This document shows positions 1-8,532 of a stretch of DNA of 28,207 nt, in pieces. Made by a program: the position numbers and the translations under genes. The notes beneath the pieces were generated by a model. That model did not search any database and was not told where the DNA came from. It saw only the letters and a list, made by a program, of their open reading frames with translations. The first letter of the stretch is position 1; every line of letters starts with the position of its first letter. Origin of the DNA: an uncultured bacterium (GTDB taxonomy: Bacteria > UBP4 > UBA4092); NCBI GenBank assembly GCA_964644695.1, contig CAZXWN010000010.1, positions 62,001 to 90,207 of the forward strand, in the 5' to 3' direction.

Positions 1-9
1 TTCTTTCAT
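1..9 (-). CDS. 5' end of a CDS running off the left edge (MKE...)
   Basis: Minus strand reads AAGGAATCCTTT-ATG AAA GAA: SD-like AAGGA before an ATG, ~20 nt after the stop of the 148-aa gene. Confidence 0.45.
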
Positions 10-30
10 AAAGGATTCCTTATCCTGGTA

Positions 31-477
31 TTAGTTCAGATTTTTACGACGATGCAGGGTGACAGTCCAGGAGAACAGAGGTCTTCCCGGATTCCCGAGT
101 ATTCCAACACAGGAATAAGTGTCGGGGCCGATTTGTTCCATTTTCTCCTGGCCTTCTAATTGTCCATCGGCGGTTGCGTAAGTGGACACAATAATATTTT
201 CTTTAATGATGAATTGGCCCTGGATTTTACCCAAGTCGGGATTAAAGGAAGTCCACAGGGTTGGTGCTTCGGGTTGGTAAGGTTGTACGGTATAGGTATT
301 TTGAAAGGATACCGGGGGTTCAGAGAATAAACTCATTTCCCCGGAGATAGTCCAGACATGGGGTTGATGGGTCACTGTGGATTGAGCAACACATCGGAAC
401 TCCACACCCCGGGTCAAATCGGAGTAGAGTCCTTCGGCATCCCAGACGGCTTCCTCAAGAAGAAAGGTATGATTCAT
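31..477 (-). CDS. Hypothetical protein, probably a beta-barrel (lipocalin-like) fold
   Basis: 148-aa ORF starting 3 nt after the PIG-L gene stop; alternating hydrophobic beta-strand pattern. Confidence 0.75.
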   Translation of the reverse strand: MNHTFLLEEAVWDAEGLYSDLTRGVEFRCVAQSTVTHQPHVWTISGEMSLFSEPPVSFQNTYTVQPYQPEAPTLWTSFNPDLGKIQGQFIIKENIIVSTYATADGQLEGQEKMEQIGPDTYSCVGILGNPGRPLFSWTVTLHRRKNLN

Positions 478-480
478 TCT

Positions 481-1299
481 TTAATCCTTTTTGGGGAAAA
501 AGGGGAATAAAGCAGGGTCATAAGCTGCACCATGTTCTCCCCATTCAAAGGCTTCAGCATATTTGATGGTTTGTCCTAATTGTTCACCATATTCTTGTAT
601 CAATAAATCCCGGTATCGGTCTGCATTCCAGCGGTGAGACCATTTTTCATCCAGCATGGCGATTCGGCCGGCCTCATCGTCTGCGGGAGGTACGATATCC
701 AGATACCCATAGTTATAAGGTAACCATTCATAGAACTGAGAGGTATGCTGGTGCATCATTTTGAGTTTAGTATCCTGTACAGAGTCTATATTAATGGCGA
801 CGGTGGGGGAGAATGGAAAGGGTTTTGTAAAGTTATCCGCCATATACATTAAGACGGGGTTATACATCAGGTGTTGAACATCAGGACAGATGTTTGGAAC
901 GGTGACCATATACATGGCGTCCTGAACCAGTTGGGAGGTATAACGGTGGTCGGGATGGTAATCATTCGGGCGGTGGGTAATGACAATCCGGGGTTGGAAT
1001 AAACGGATAATCCGAATCACCTCTTTACGGTTAACCAGGGTCACTTCCAATTCCCCGTCATGGTTATCCAGGGTAATATATTCTGCTCCGATGACGGCTC
1101 CAGACGCACCCGCTTCGTTTCTTCTTCGTCTTGCCAAAATGGCACCAGATGCATTCTGATGTCCGGCATCCCCGTTTGTCAAGGAAACCAGTTTAACTGT
1201 ATGTCCCATTTTACGGAAAAGGGCCGCAGTTCCTCCTGCCCGGATGTCGGGATCATCGGGATGGGCACCAATCACTAAAACACGAATATCATCAACCAT
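481..1299 (-). CDS. PIG-L/LmbE family N-acetyl-sugar deacetylase
   Basis: VLVIGAHPDD, SLTNGDAG, RRRNEA, HPDH and final EAF motifs of PIG-L zinc deacetylases. Confidence 0.93.
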   Translation of the reverse strand: MVDDIRVLVIGAHPDDPDIRAGGTAALFRKMGHTVKLVSLTNGDAGHQNASGAILARRRRNEAGASGAVIGAEYITLDNHDGELEVTLVNRKEVIRIIRLFQPRIVITHRPNDYHPDHRYTSQLVQDAMYMVTVPNICPDVQHLMYNPVLMYMADNFTKPFPFSPTVAINIDSVQDTKLKMMHQHTSQFYEWLPYNYGYLDIVPPADDEAGRIAMLDEKWSHRWNADRYRDLLIQEYGEQLGQTIKYAEAFEWGEHGAAYDPALFPFFPKKD

Positions 1300-1381
1300 T
1301 CATTAAACCCTCGATAGAAAGAATAAGTACATTATCGCAAAGAAACGAGTCTGCAGGAAATCCGTATGAACCCCAGACAAT

Positions 1382-1416
1382 AAAAAACCGGATTTGCCGG
1401 AGGGGCAAACCCGGTT
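1382..1416 (-). terminator. Rho-independent terminator after rubrerythrin
   Basis: Minus strand ACCGGGTTTGCC-cctcc-GGCAAATCCGGT followed by a T run. Confidence 0.85.
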
Positions 1417-1440
1417 AAAGCTGTGATTTATTTGAAATTA

Positions 1441-1986
1441 TTATTTATTGAAGTAGCGGTCGAGGAGGCCTTTGAAGGCAGCACCATGACGGGCTTCATC
1501 TTTACACATTTCATGGACCGTGTCATGGATGGCATCGAGGTTAAGTTCTTTAGCCCGTTTTGCGATGGCAAGTTTCCCCTGACAGGCACCGAACTCAGCA
1601 TCCACCCGTACAGACAGGTTCTTTTTTGTATCGGCACAAACCACTTCACCGAGTAATTCAGCAAACTTGGCGGCATGTTCGGCTTCTTCAAAAGCAATTC
1701 GTTTATAGGCTTCAGCGACTTCCGGATAACCTTCCCGATCGGCCTGACGGCTCATGGCCAGATACATACCGACTTCGGTACATTCACCGGCGAAATTGGC
1801 GCGGAGGCCTTCGAGGATTTCCGGGTCCAGACCTTCAACGGAACCAATGCGATGGACATCAGCCCAGGCTAATTCGCCTTTTTGTTCTATGAATTTAGAA
1901 CCGGGGACTTTACAAAGGGGGCATTTTTCGGGTGGTTCAGGACCTTCATGGACATAACCGCAAGCAGGACAAATCCATTTTTTCAT
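1441..1986 (-). CDS. rbr: Reverse rubrerythrin / NADH peroxidase (N-terminal rubredoxin-like domain + ferritin-like diiron domain)
   Basis: CPACGY...CPLC at the N-terminus; GECTE, EEAEH and DEARH diiron ligands; AAGGAG RBS. Confidence 0.93.
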   Translation of the reverse strand: MKKWICPACGYVHEGPEPPEKCPLCKVPGSKFIEQKGELAWADVHRIGSVEGLDPEILEGLRANFAGECTEVGMYLAMSRQADREGYPEVAEAYKRIAFEEAEHAAKFAELLGEVVCADTKKNLSVRVDAEFGACQGKLAIAKRAKELNLDAIHDTVHEMCKDEARHGAAFKGLLDRYFNK

Positions 1987-2040
1987 AATGATAAAACTCC
2001 TTAAACGATTGATTAAATATAGGGTTACTTAAGATTGTTA

Positions 2041-2069
2041 ATTGTCCCAGAGAGTGAAATGTTCGTCAA
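2041..2069 (-). promoter_or_regulatory. sigma70-type promoter for rubrerythrin
   Basis: Minus strand TTGACG-N17-GACAAT. Confidence 0.5.
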
Positions 2070-2085
2070 TAATTCTTAACCGGGG

Positions 2086-2817
2086 TTATTCTGCTGGATT
2101 ATCAGTGTCGTCGGGTTCAGATTCATAGCCGGATTTTTTCTCTTTATTACCCTGGACCATGATGGTAAACTCGCCCTTGAGAGTGAGTTGAGAGAGTCGG
2201 GCCACAATCTCGGAAGCGGATCCCCGGATAAATTCTTCGAATTTTTTAGTCAGTTCCCGGGAGATAACTACCGGGCGGTCTCCCAGTTCAGAGAGGACAT
2301 CTTCGAGTAGGGCGGCGACTCGAAACGGGGACTCATAGAAGATGAGAGTGCAGGGCATATTTTTCAAAGAAGCGAGGAATTTCCGGCGGCCGACACTTTT
2401 TCGCGGGACAAATCCAACAAATAGGAAAGAGTCTGTCGGAAGACCTGAGACACAGAGGGCGGTGGCAACGGCGGAGGGTCCGGGAATGGGGACGACGGGG
2501 ATATTTTCTTCAATAGCCCGTTGGAGCAGGTGATAACCAGGGTCGGAGATTCCCGGGGTGCCGGCATCTGTGACCAGAGCCACGGAGGCCCCTTTTTTCA
2601 ATTCCTCAATCAGGCGAGGTGCGGCCTTATATTTATTATGGTCATGGTAACTGGTGAGGGGCTTGGAAATGCCGTAGTGTTGAAGGAGGATGAGGGTATG
2701 GCGAGTGTCTTCACAGGCAATCAGGGAGACTTCATCTTTCAAGATACGGAGGGCCCGAAAGGTCAAATCTTCCAGGTTCCCAATGGGGGTCGCAACAAAA
2801 TATAGTGTTCCAATCAT
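2086..2817 (-). CDS. rsmI: 16S rRNA (cytidine(1402)-2'-O)-methyltransferase
   Basis: LYFVATPIGNLED, ACEDTR, VTDAGTPGISDPG, FYESPFR, RELTKKFEE and KGE motifs. Confidence 0.96.
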   Translation of the reverse strand: MIGTLYFVATPIGNLEDLTFRALRILKDEVSLIACEDTRHTLILLQHYGISKPLTSYHDHNKYKAAPRLIEELKKGASVALVTDAGTPGISDPGYHLLQRAIEENIPVVPIPGPSAVATALCVSGLPTDSFLFVGFVPRKSVGRRKFLASLKNMPCTLIFYESPFRVAALLEDVLSELGDRPVVISRELTKKFEEFIRGSASEIVARLSQLTLKGEFTIMVQGNKEKKSGYESEPDDTDNPAE

Positions 2818-2897
2818 GATTAATACTATATCTGAAAATCCAGCGGAAAGGGACCGTCAGGGGGAATAAAATAAAGTGTCTGTAAAGTCAGGAGGTA

Positions 2898-2916
2898 TGT
2901 ATAATATCGGGAATGG
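2898..2916 (+). repeat. 19-bp direct repeat copy 1 (TGTATAATATCGGGAATGG) containing a TATAAT -10 box
   Basis: Identical to 3928-3946. Confidence 0.9.
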
Positions 2917-2940
2917 GAACTTGAGCGAAAAGAGAGGGAT

Positions 2941-3906
2941 ATGATGCGGAGACTGATTATATTATCCACGATGGTTATGATGTTTTGGAGTAGTTCTTTC
3001 ATTCAACCTGTTCAGGCTGTTGAGACAAAAGAGAAGATGGACATTGTGGAGCAGCTGATAAATTGTCCGGATGGGGGTAAACTCCACCTGAAATTTATTG
3101 AGCAGATGAAGCATGATCCTGACAGTAGTAACCGGTCAAAAGCAACTATTGACTTGGATATTGTTAAGGGTAAGTCCGAAATTACCCAAGAAGCCTTTCT
3201 GTGGATGCTGGATAATGAAAAAGATGATCAAGTTCTCGACAATGTTGTCTCTGGGATTCGGAAAAACAGCAGCACATTAGGCCCTCTGGAGAAAGTATTT
3301 AAAGCAAGGCTAGATAATGAAATCCAGATTTGGGAAGAGATCAAAAACAATACGCGCAGGAATCACAATGACTCTTTCCGAAGGAATAGTATTGCATTTT
3401 TGATTGGTAGTATTGGAAGCTGTGGGCCTGAGGCTTTTGAGGTTTTAGAGAAGTACGAAAATCATAAAGTCATCAAAGAAACCTATCCACTGAGTAAGGT
3501 CCTGCTTTTCAGCATGGCTGCCTGCGGCTCAGAAAAATCATTCAAGTATTTGAAGAGCCATTTGAAAGATGGGGATTTGACCGAGATGCCACAGATATTA
3601 GGGTCTGTAAAATGTAACAGTAAAGAAGAATCAGATGAAGTTTTTCAGAGCTTATTGAGCTGTGCTACCAGTAAAGATAGAAATAAAAGAGAAGCTAGTA
3701 TTGGTGCACTTGAGGCATTTTACAGAGCAGGGAAAATAGAAGCCTTGGATTATCTGGAAGAACTTGCCAAGGATTCCTATAATGAAACAGTTATTCGCCA
3801 AAGTATGGGAAGAGATGGGAAAATAACAACAGAAACTGTATGTCTTTATCCTGTTCGTGACCGGGCATTATTAAGCCTGAGGATCCTTAAGCAACAGCAG
3901 CAATAA
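2941..3906 (+). CDS. Secreted alpha-helical HEAT/ARM-repeat-like protein
   Basis: Signal peptide (MMRRLIIL...VQA); helical repeats such as IAFLIGSIGSCGPEAFEVLE, REASIGALEAF and YPVRDRALLSL; GAGAGGG RBS. Confidence 0.7.
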   Translation: MMRRLIILSTMVMMFWSSSFIQPVQAVETKEKMDIVEQLINCPDGGKLHLKFIEQMKHDPDSSNRSKATIDLDIVKGKSEITQEAFLWMLDNEKDDQVLDNVVSGIRKNSSTLGPLEKVFKARLDNEIQIWEEIKNNTRRNHNDSFRRNSIAFLIGSIGSCGPEAFEVLEKYENHKVIKETYPLSKVLLFSMAACGSEKSFKYLKSHLKDGDLTEMPQILGSVKCNSKEESDEVFQSLLSCATSKDRNKREASIGALEAFYRAGKIEALDYLEELAKDSYNETVIRQSMGRDGKITTETVCLYPVRDRALLSLRILKQQQQ

Positions 3907-3927
3907 AGAACATACAATCCGCGGTTG

Positions 3928-3946
3928 TGTATAATATCGGGAATGG
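3928..3946 (+). repeat. 19-bp direct repeat copy 2, overlapping the promoter and probable start codon of the CAP gene
   Basis: Identical to 2898-2916. Confidence 0.9.
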
Positions 3947-5094
3947 AAGACGACGGCAAAAAGAATCAATCAGACACAAATTCAAGAGAGACTGAGAATC
4001 AATCGGAATCGTTATTGAGTCAGGTGAATCCGGAATTTGATCCCATTTTGATTGATGAGAAGAAAAAGGCGGCGGCAGAATCCCAGCCAAAAGAAAAGAA
4101 GCTGGGTGAAATGACGGTTGAATATGTGGATGAACCGCCGGCCCATCCCACCGCCCATTATTATTTTTTCAAGAAAAAGTATACTTTAACCCTTTATATC
4201 CTGCTTTTAATTTTGATAGGTCTCATTTTGGTGACCTATGAGCGACTCCCGGTACTGATGAACAGCCAGGCAAAGCAGGAGTTGTCCATGATCAGTGAAG
4301 TGAACCGTTTACGGGCGGAGTATCACCTTCCTCTGTTAATTACTGATGAGGGGATTGCTTCTATTGCCCGGGATAAAGCCGAGTACCTGAGCCAGGCGGT
4401 TAATGAGGACGATCCAGATGGGGCAGGGTTTGGCGAGCTGACTACAATATTTATCCAAAAGAATATCCAATACCGAACTTTTGCCGAATTATTGGGGAAA
4501 TCCTATCCCCGTTCCGAGAAGCTGGTGCAGGCCTGGATGGTCAATACGGTCATGCGGAATGACCTCCTCGCGGAGGAATATACCCATATTGGCGCTGGAT
4601 TCAGTCATGGTCATGGGGACCAATGGGTTCTGTTATTACTCCGAAAAAAGGGATTTGCACCCCGAAAAGAACTGGATTTGTGGGAGAAGAAAGAAAGAGA
4701 AGCTTTCCGGCTGACCAATATAGAACGTGGTAAAAATGGGCTTCCGCCACTTCAATGGGATGAGAAACTTCATCAAATTGCCCGGATAAAATCAGCGGAT
4801 ATGCGGGTTCATGACTATTTTGAACATGAAAGCCCTACTTTGGGGACAATCGGCCAGATGATGATGTCGCATGGATATTATTACAAGGAAGTCGCTGAGA
4901 ATATTGCCCAGGGAATGAGCACTCCAGAATCCGTTGTGTCGGGATGGATGGGGAGTCCCGGGCATCGGGCCAATATTATGAATAAGGAAGTCACGATGAT
5001 GGCTGTTGGATATGATCCTTATTCGGATATCTGGACCCAACATTTTGCCTTACCGATGACATCTTCCTCAAGTAATACGGCATCACAGAAGTAA
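3943..5094 (+). CDS. Membrane-anchored protein with two tandem CAP (SCP/YkwD-like) domains
   Basis: One TM helix (YTLTLYILLLILIGLILV); VNRLRAEYHLPLL and TNIERGKNGLPPLQWD; AENIAQG...WMGSPGHRANIM. ATG 3943 preferred over TTG 3925, which lies upstream of the TATAAT. Confidence 0.88.
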   Translation: MEDDGKKNQSDTNSRETENQSESLLSQVNPEFDPILIDEKKKAAAESQPKEKKLGEMTVEYVDEPPAHPTAHYYFFKKKYTLTLYILLLILIGLILVTYERLPVLMNSQAKQELSMISEVNRLRAEYHLPLLITDEGIASIARDKAEYLSQAVNEDDPDGAGFGELTTIFIQKNIQYRTFAELLGKSYPRSEKLVQAWMVNTVMRNDLLAEEYTHIGAGFSHGHGDQWVLLLLRKKGFAPRKELDLWEKKEREAFRLTNIERGKNGLPPLQWDEKLHQIARIKSADMRVHDYFEHESPTLGTIGQMMMSHGYYYKEVAENIAQGMSTPESVVSGWMGSPGHRANIMNKEVTMMAVGYDPYSDIWTQHFALPMTSSSSNTASQK

Positions 5095-5135
5095 TATTAA
5101 CAAGGTTTTAATGTGATTTTTGCCCCCTGGTTACG

Positions 5136-5165
5136 TTGACAAGACTGTATAGGGGTCATTAAAAT
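5136..5165 (+). promoter_or_regulatory. sigma70 promoter of the DUF47-pit operon
   Basis: TTGACA-N18-TAAAAT. Confidence 0.65.
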
Positions 5166-5286
5166 ATAGTGACTGACCTGTACAATTGTCCTCGTGGATT
5201 TCAACCTGATGTGAACAAAAGCGGTCATGGTGTGTCCAAAAAGGGCCTTGGCGGGTCTGTAAACGCTCTTATATGAAGGAAACCCT

Positions 5287-5910
5287 ATGTCCTGGAGTCT
5301 GATTCCAAAAGAAGAGAAGTTCTATTCCATGCTGCAAGCGCAAGCCAACCACATGGTAAAGGGGGTAGAGTTTTTTGTTAATGCCCTCGAAAACTATGAT
5401 TTTGGCAAGCTTGAAGTGACATACACCCAAATGCATGCATTAGAGCATGAGGGTGACCGTCTTTGCCACGACATTATACGGAAATTGAACTCCACCTTTG
5501 TTACTCCCTTTGATCGCGAAGACATTTTAGATCTTACCTCCCGGATGGATGATGTTCTTGATTTGGTGGACAGCACTTTCAGCCGGATGCAAATCTTCAA
5601 AATCGAGCAATCTACTCCAGAACAAATCCGGTTAGCCAAAATCCTGCTTACTTCAGTCAAGGAAATCGCTATTGCCATGTCTTCCATTGAAAACCTGGCC
5701 CGATTACCGGAATACACCATTGAAATCAACCGACTGGAAAATGAAGCCGACCTTCTCACGGTCCAGATTCTCGGAAGACTCTTTGAAAACAGGAAAGATC
5801 CCATTGAAATCATCAAATGGAAAGAGATTTACGAAATGATGGAATCCGCGACAGATAAATGTGAAGATGTCGCCAATGTGCTTGAAACAATCATGTTAAA
5901 GAACTCCTGA
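5287..5910 (+). CDS. DUF47 family (PhoU-like) phosphate transport regulator
   Basis: LEHEGD, TFVTPFDREDI, LENEAD, IKWKEIYE...TDKCEDVA; directly upstream of a PiT gene. Confidence 0.93.
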   Translation: MSWSLIPKEEKFYSMLQAQANHMVKGVEFFVNALENYDFGKLEVTYTQMHALEHEGDRLCHDIIRKLNSTFVTPFDREDILDLTSRMDDVLDLVDSTFSRMQIFKIEQSTPEQIRLAKILLTSVKEIAIAMSSIENLARLPEYTIEINRLENEADLLTVQILGRLFENRKDPIEIIKWKEIYEMMESATDKCEDVANVLETIMLKNS

Positions 5911-5934
5911 TCAGCCTGTTGGCGGACATAACCT

Positions 5935-7002
5935 ATGACAATATATTTAATACTTATTATTGCGACAGCGTATCTTTTTGATTTTTACAATGGAATGAAA
6001 GATGCGGCAAATTCTGTTGCCACTATTGTATCAACCCGGGTCCTGAAACCCTGGCAAGCCGTCGTTTGGGCGGCTTTTTTTAATTTTGTAGCCGCATTTG
6101 GAGCTATATTTTTTGCCAAATTCTTTCCTTTTCTTCCCTTTTTAAAGCATATGTTTGGGCTTCATGTTGCAACTACCATTGGAAAAGGGATCGTTGATAC
6201 CAGTATTGTAGACCCCACATTAATTTTTGCGGCATTAATCGGGGCTATATTATGGACCATGTATTGTTTGCATAACGGGCTGCCCATCAGTGTGTCTCAT
6301 GCGCTGGTAGGAGGTTTTGTCGGAACGGCTTTGATTAAATCTGGTCCAAATGCGGTGGTTTATTCAGGTATTATCAAGACGGTCATTTTCATGATTGTGG
6401 CTCCTCTGATGGGTTTAGTCTTAGGATTGATTATCATGATAGCCGTTTACTGGCTGGCTCGAAAGCAACTCCCCTCTAAAATCGACAAACATTTCCGAAA
6501 ATTACAGTTACTTTCCGCGGCGGCGTACAGTCTGGGACATGGAACCAATGATGCTCAGAAGACTATGGGTATCATTGCTGTGTTACTTTTCACTACACCA
6601 GGCACTTTTTATTATGCCCAATATCAACAGACGCATGATATTGCCATTCCGTTTTGGATCGTATTATCCTGCCATTTCATGATAGCCATGGGGACGATGT
6701 TTGGTGGATGGCATGTTATTAAAACCCTTGGTCAAAAGGTTACTAAACTGCAACCGGTACATGGTTTTTGTGCGGAAACAGGCGGAGCGATCAGTTTGTT
6801 TGTTGCATCAGCCGTGGGTGCTCCTGTCAGCACAACCCATATTATTACCGGTGCTATTTGCGGTGTTGGTGCAACTCAGAGGCTGAGTGCTGTTCGATGG
6901 GGAGTAGCCCGGTCTATTGTTATGGCGTGGATATTAACCATGCCTGCCGCAGCGATAATGTCTGCAATAACCTATTTCGTTTTCTCATTGTTCATCAAAT
7001 AA
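5935..7002 (+). CDS. pit: Inorganic phosphate transporter, PiT family
   Basis: NGMKDAANSVAT and GHGTNDAQKTMG signature repeats; PVSTTH; multiple TM helices. Confidence 0.94.
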   Translation: MTIYLILIIATAYLFDFYNGMKDAANSVATIVSTRVLKPWQAVVWAAFFNFVAAFGAIFFAKFFPFLPFLKHMFGLHVATTIGKGIVDTSIVDPTLIFAALIGAILWTMYCLHNGLPISVSHALVGGFVGTALIKSGPNAVVYSGIIKTVIFMIVAPLMGLVLGLIIMIAVYWLARKQLPSKIDKHFRKLQLLSAAAYSLGHGTNDAQKTMGIIAVLLFTTPGTFYYAQYQQTHDIAIPFWIVLSCHFMIAMGTMFGGWHVIKTLGQKVTKLQPVHGFCAETGGAISLFVASAVGAPVSTTHIITGAICGVGATQRLSAVRWGVARSIVMAWILTMPAAAIMSAITYFVFSLFIK

Positions 7003-7020
7003 CGATTATTTGAACTTCAG

Positions 7021-7056
7021 ACCGTTCCAGTATTTCTTAATACTGGGGCGGTTTTT
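7021..7056 (+). terminator. Rho-independent terminator after pit
   Basis: ACCGTTCCAGTATT-tctt-AATACTGGGGCGGT followed by a T run. Confidence 0.85.
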
Positions 7057-7073
7057 ATATTTATAAGTTTTTG

Positions 7074-7100
7074 GGAACATTAATCTTCATTAAATCGTCA
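7074..7100 (+). promoter_or_regulatory. Candidate ECF-sigma promoter upstream of the efflux operon
   Basis: GGAAC-N17-CGTCA; a separate TATAAT lies at 7150-7155. Confidence 0.4.
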
Positions 7101-7227
7101 AATTAAATGGCTTGGACTATGTATTTTTATTTTTCAGCATAGATAAAAGTATAATGAATAGGGAATAACAGGTTGATTCTTGCTCATCCCACCATAGAAA
7201 ATGACAGTTCAATAAAGGTTTGTATTT

Positions 7228-8532
7228 ATGAGAAAACCAGTCATATTAGTCATTATCAGTCTTATTTTTTCGATATACAGTATTGCAATTGCAGGGAATA
7301 CTGAAACACCTCCTCAGACACTCACAATATCGCAAGCGATTGATTATGCACTCAGTCATAACCGCGATGTAAAAATACAGGAAGCCGCTTATCGGGTAAG
7401 TCAGGCACAAATTGCCAACACAAAATCAAACTGGTTGTTTCAGCTTGACTGGTCTGCCCAATATAATCAACTAGATAATGGGAATAATAAAGGTGGCCAG
7501 GCAAATACAGTTTTGGAAGCAGACAAACCTATCCTGTCATTTGGAAAGTCCAAGTTTGATATTCAGAGGACCCAGATCCAATCGGATCGTGAGTTGATTG
7601 CTCTTGAAAAGACACGGCAGGATATTACTTATCAAGCTACGGTAGCCTTTTTTAATGTTTTATATCAAAATGAGCTGGTCAAAGTAAATGATGCGGCTGT
7701 TTTAAGCGCCAAAGAGCATTTGGAAAGCGCTGAATTAAGGTTAAAGCAGGGAGTCAACACTAAGTTTGATGTTACCCGTTCCAAGGTTGATTTAGCCAAC
7801 CGCCAGATGGACTTAATCAGTGCGCAAAATATGGCGGAGAAAGCCAGGCAATCTTTTAATCAACTGCTTTTTGTAAATCCCTCCGACAATATTAAATTGG
7901 TGGGAGACCTGACATATCAAGAATATCGGCCCGTAATGGATGAATTATGGGCGCTTACTTTAAAACATCGTCCGCAAATATTAGATAAACAACAGGCTAT
8001 AGAACAAAATACGGCCTGGCTAAATTATCAGAAAGCGGTTTATTATCCGACTTTATCTCTGGGTGGGAAATATACGTTGGAATACACCGATTATTCTGGG
8101 GCAGATGGGAAAGAGTCAGATCAATGGTCTGCTTACCTGAAAGTCACCTCCCCCCTACTGGATGGCGGCAAACGAAAGAGCCAAATCCAGGCTGCGAAGA
8201 TTACTCTTGAACAGGCCCAGTATGATCTGGAACAGGAAAAACTGGCCGCCAGAACGGAACTGGAACAGACTGTCCTGGACCTCACGAAACGAGAAGAAAT
8301 GGTGAAAACCAGTAAGGCAACTATTGAGCTGGCGGAACTATCTCTCAGCATGGCACAACTAAGCTATGAAAATGGTAAGGGAACAACATTAGATGTTACT
8401 GATGCGGAGTTGTCGTTAAGAACAGCAAGAATCAATCAAGCGAAGGCAATTAATGATTATTTGGCTTCTCTGGCACAGTTGAAAAAAGTCACAGGCTCTG
8501 ATTTGCCGGGTGAGGAGAAACTCTTTCAATGA
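7228..8532 (+). CDS. TolC family outer membrane efflux protein
   Basis: Signal peptide; LTISQAIDYALSHN, YYPTLSL, YENGKGTTLDVTDAE OEP repeat motifs. Confidence 0.9.
   Translation: MRKPVILVIISLIFSIYSIAIAGNTETPPQTLTISQAIDYALSHNRDVKIQEAAYRVSQAQIANTKSNWLFQLDWSAQYNQLDNGNNKGGQANTVLEADKPILSFGKSKFDIQRTQIQSDRELIALEKTRQDITYQATVAFFNVLYQNELVKVNDAAVLSAKEHLESAELRLKQGVNTKFDVTRSKVDLANRQMDLISAQNMAEKARQSFNQLLFVNPSDNIKLVGDLTYQEYRPVMDELWALTLKHRPQILDKQQAIEQNTAWLNYQKAVYYPTLSLGGKYTLEYTDYSGADGKESDQWSAYLKVTSPLLDGGKRKSQIQAAKITLEQAQYDLEQEKLAARTELEQTVLDLTKREEMVKTSKATIELAELSLSMAQLSYENGKGTTLDVTDAELSLRTARINQAKAINDYLASLAQLKKVTGSDLPGEEKLFQ

Noticed and set aside
7150-7166. TATAATGAATA shared with 21216-21226
   Set aside because: An 11-bp AT-rich match built on a -10 box; not evidence for a mobile-element boundary.
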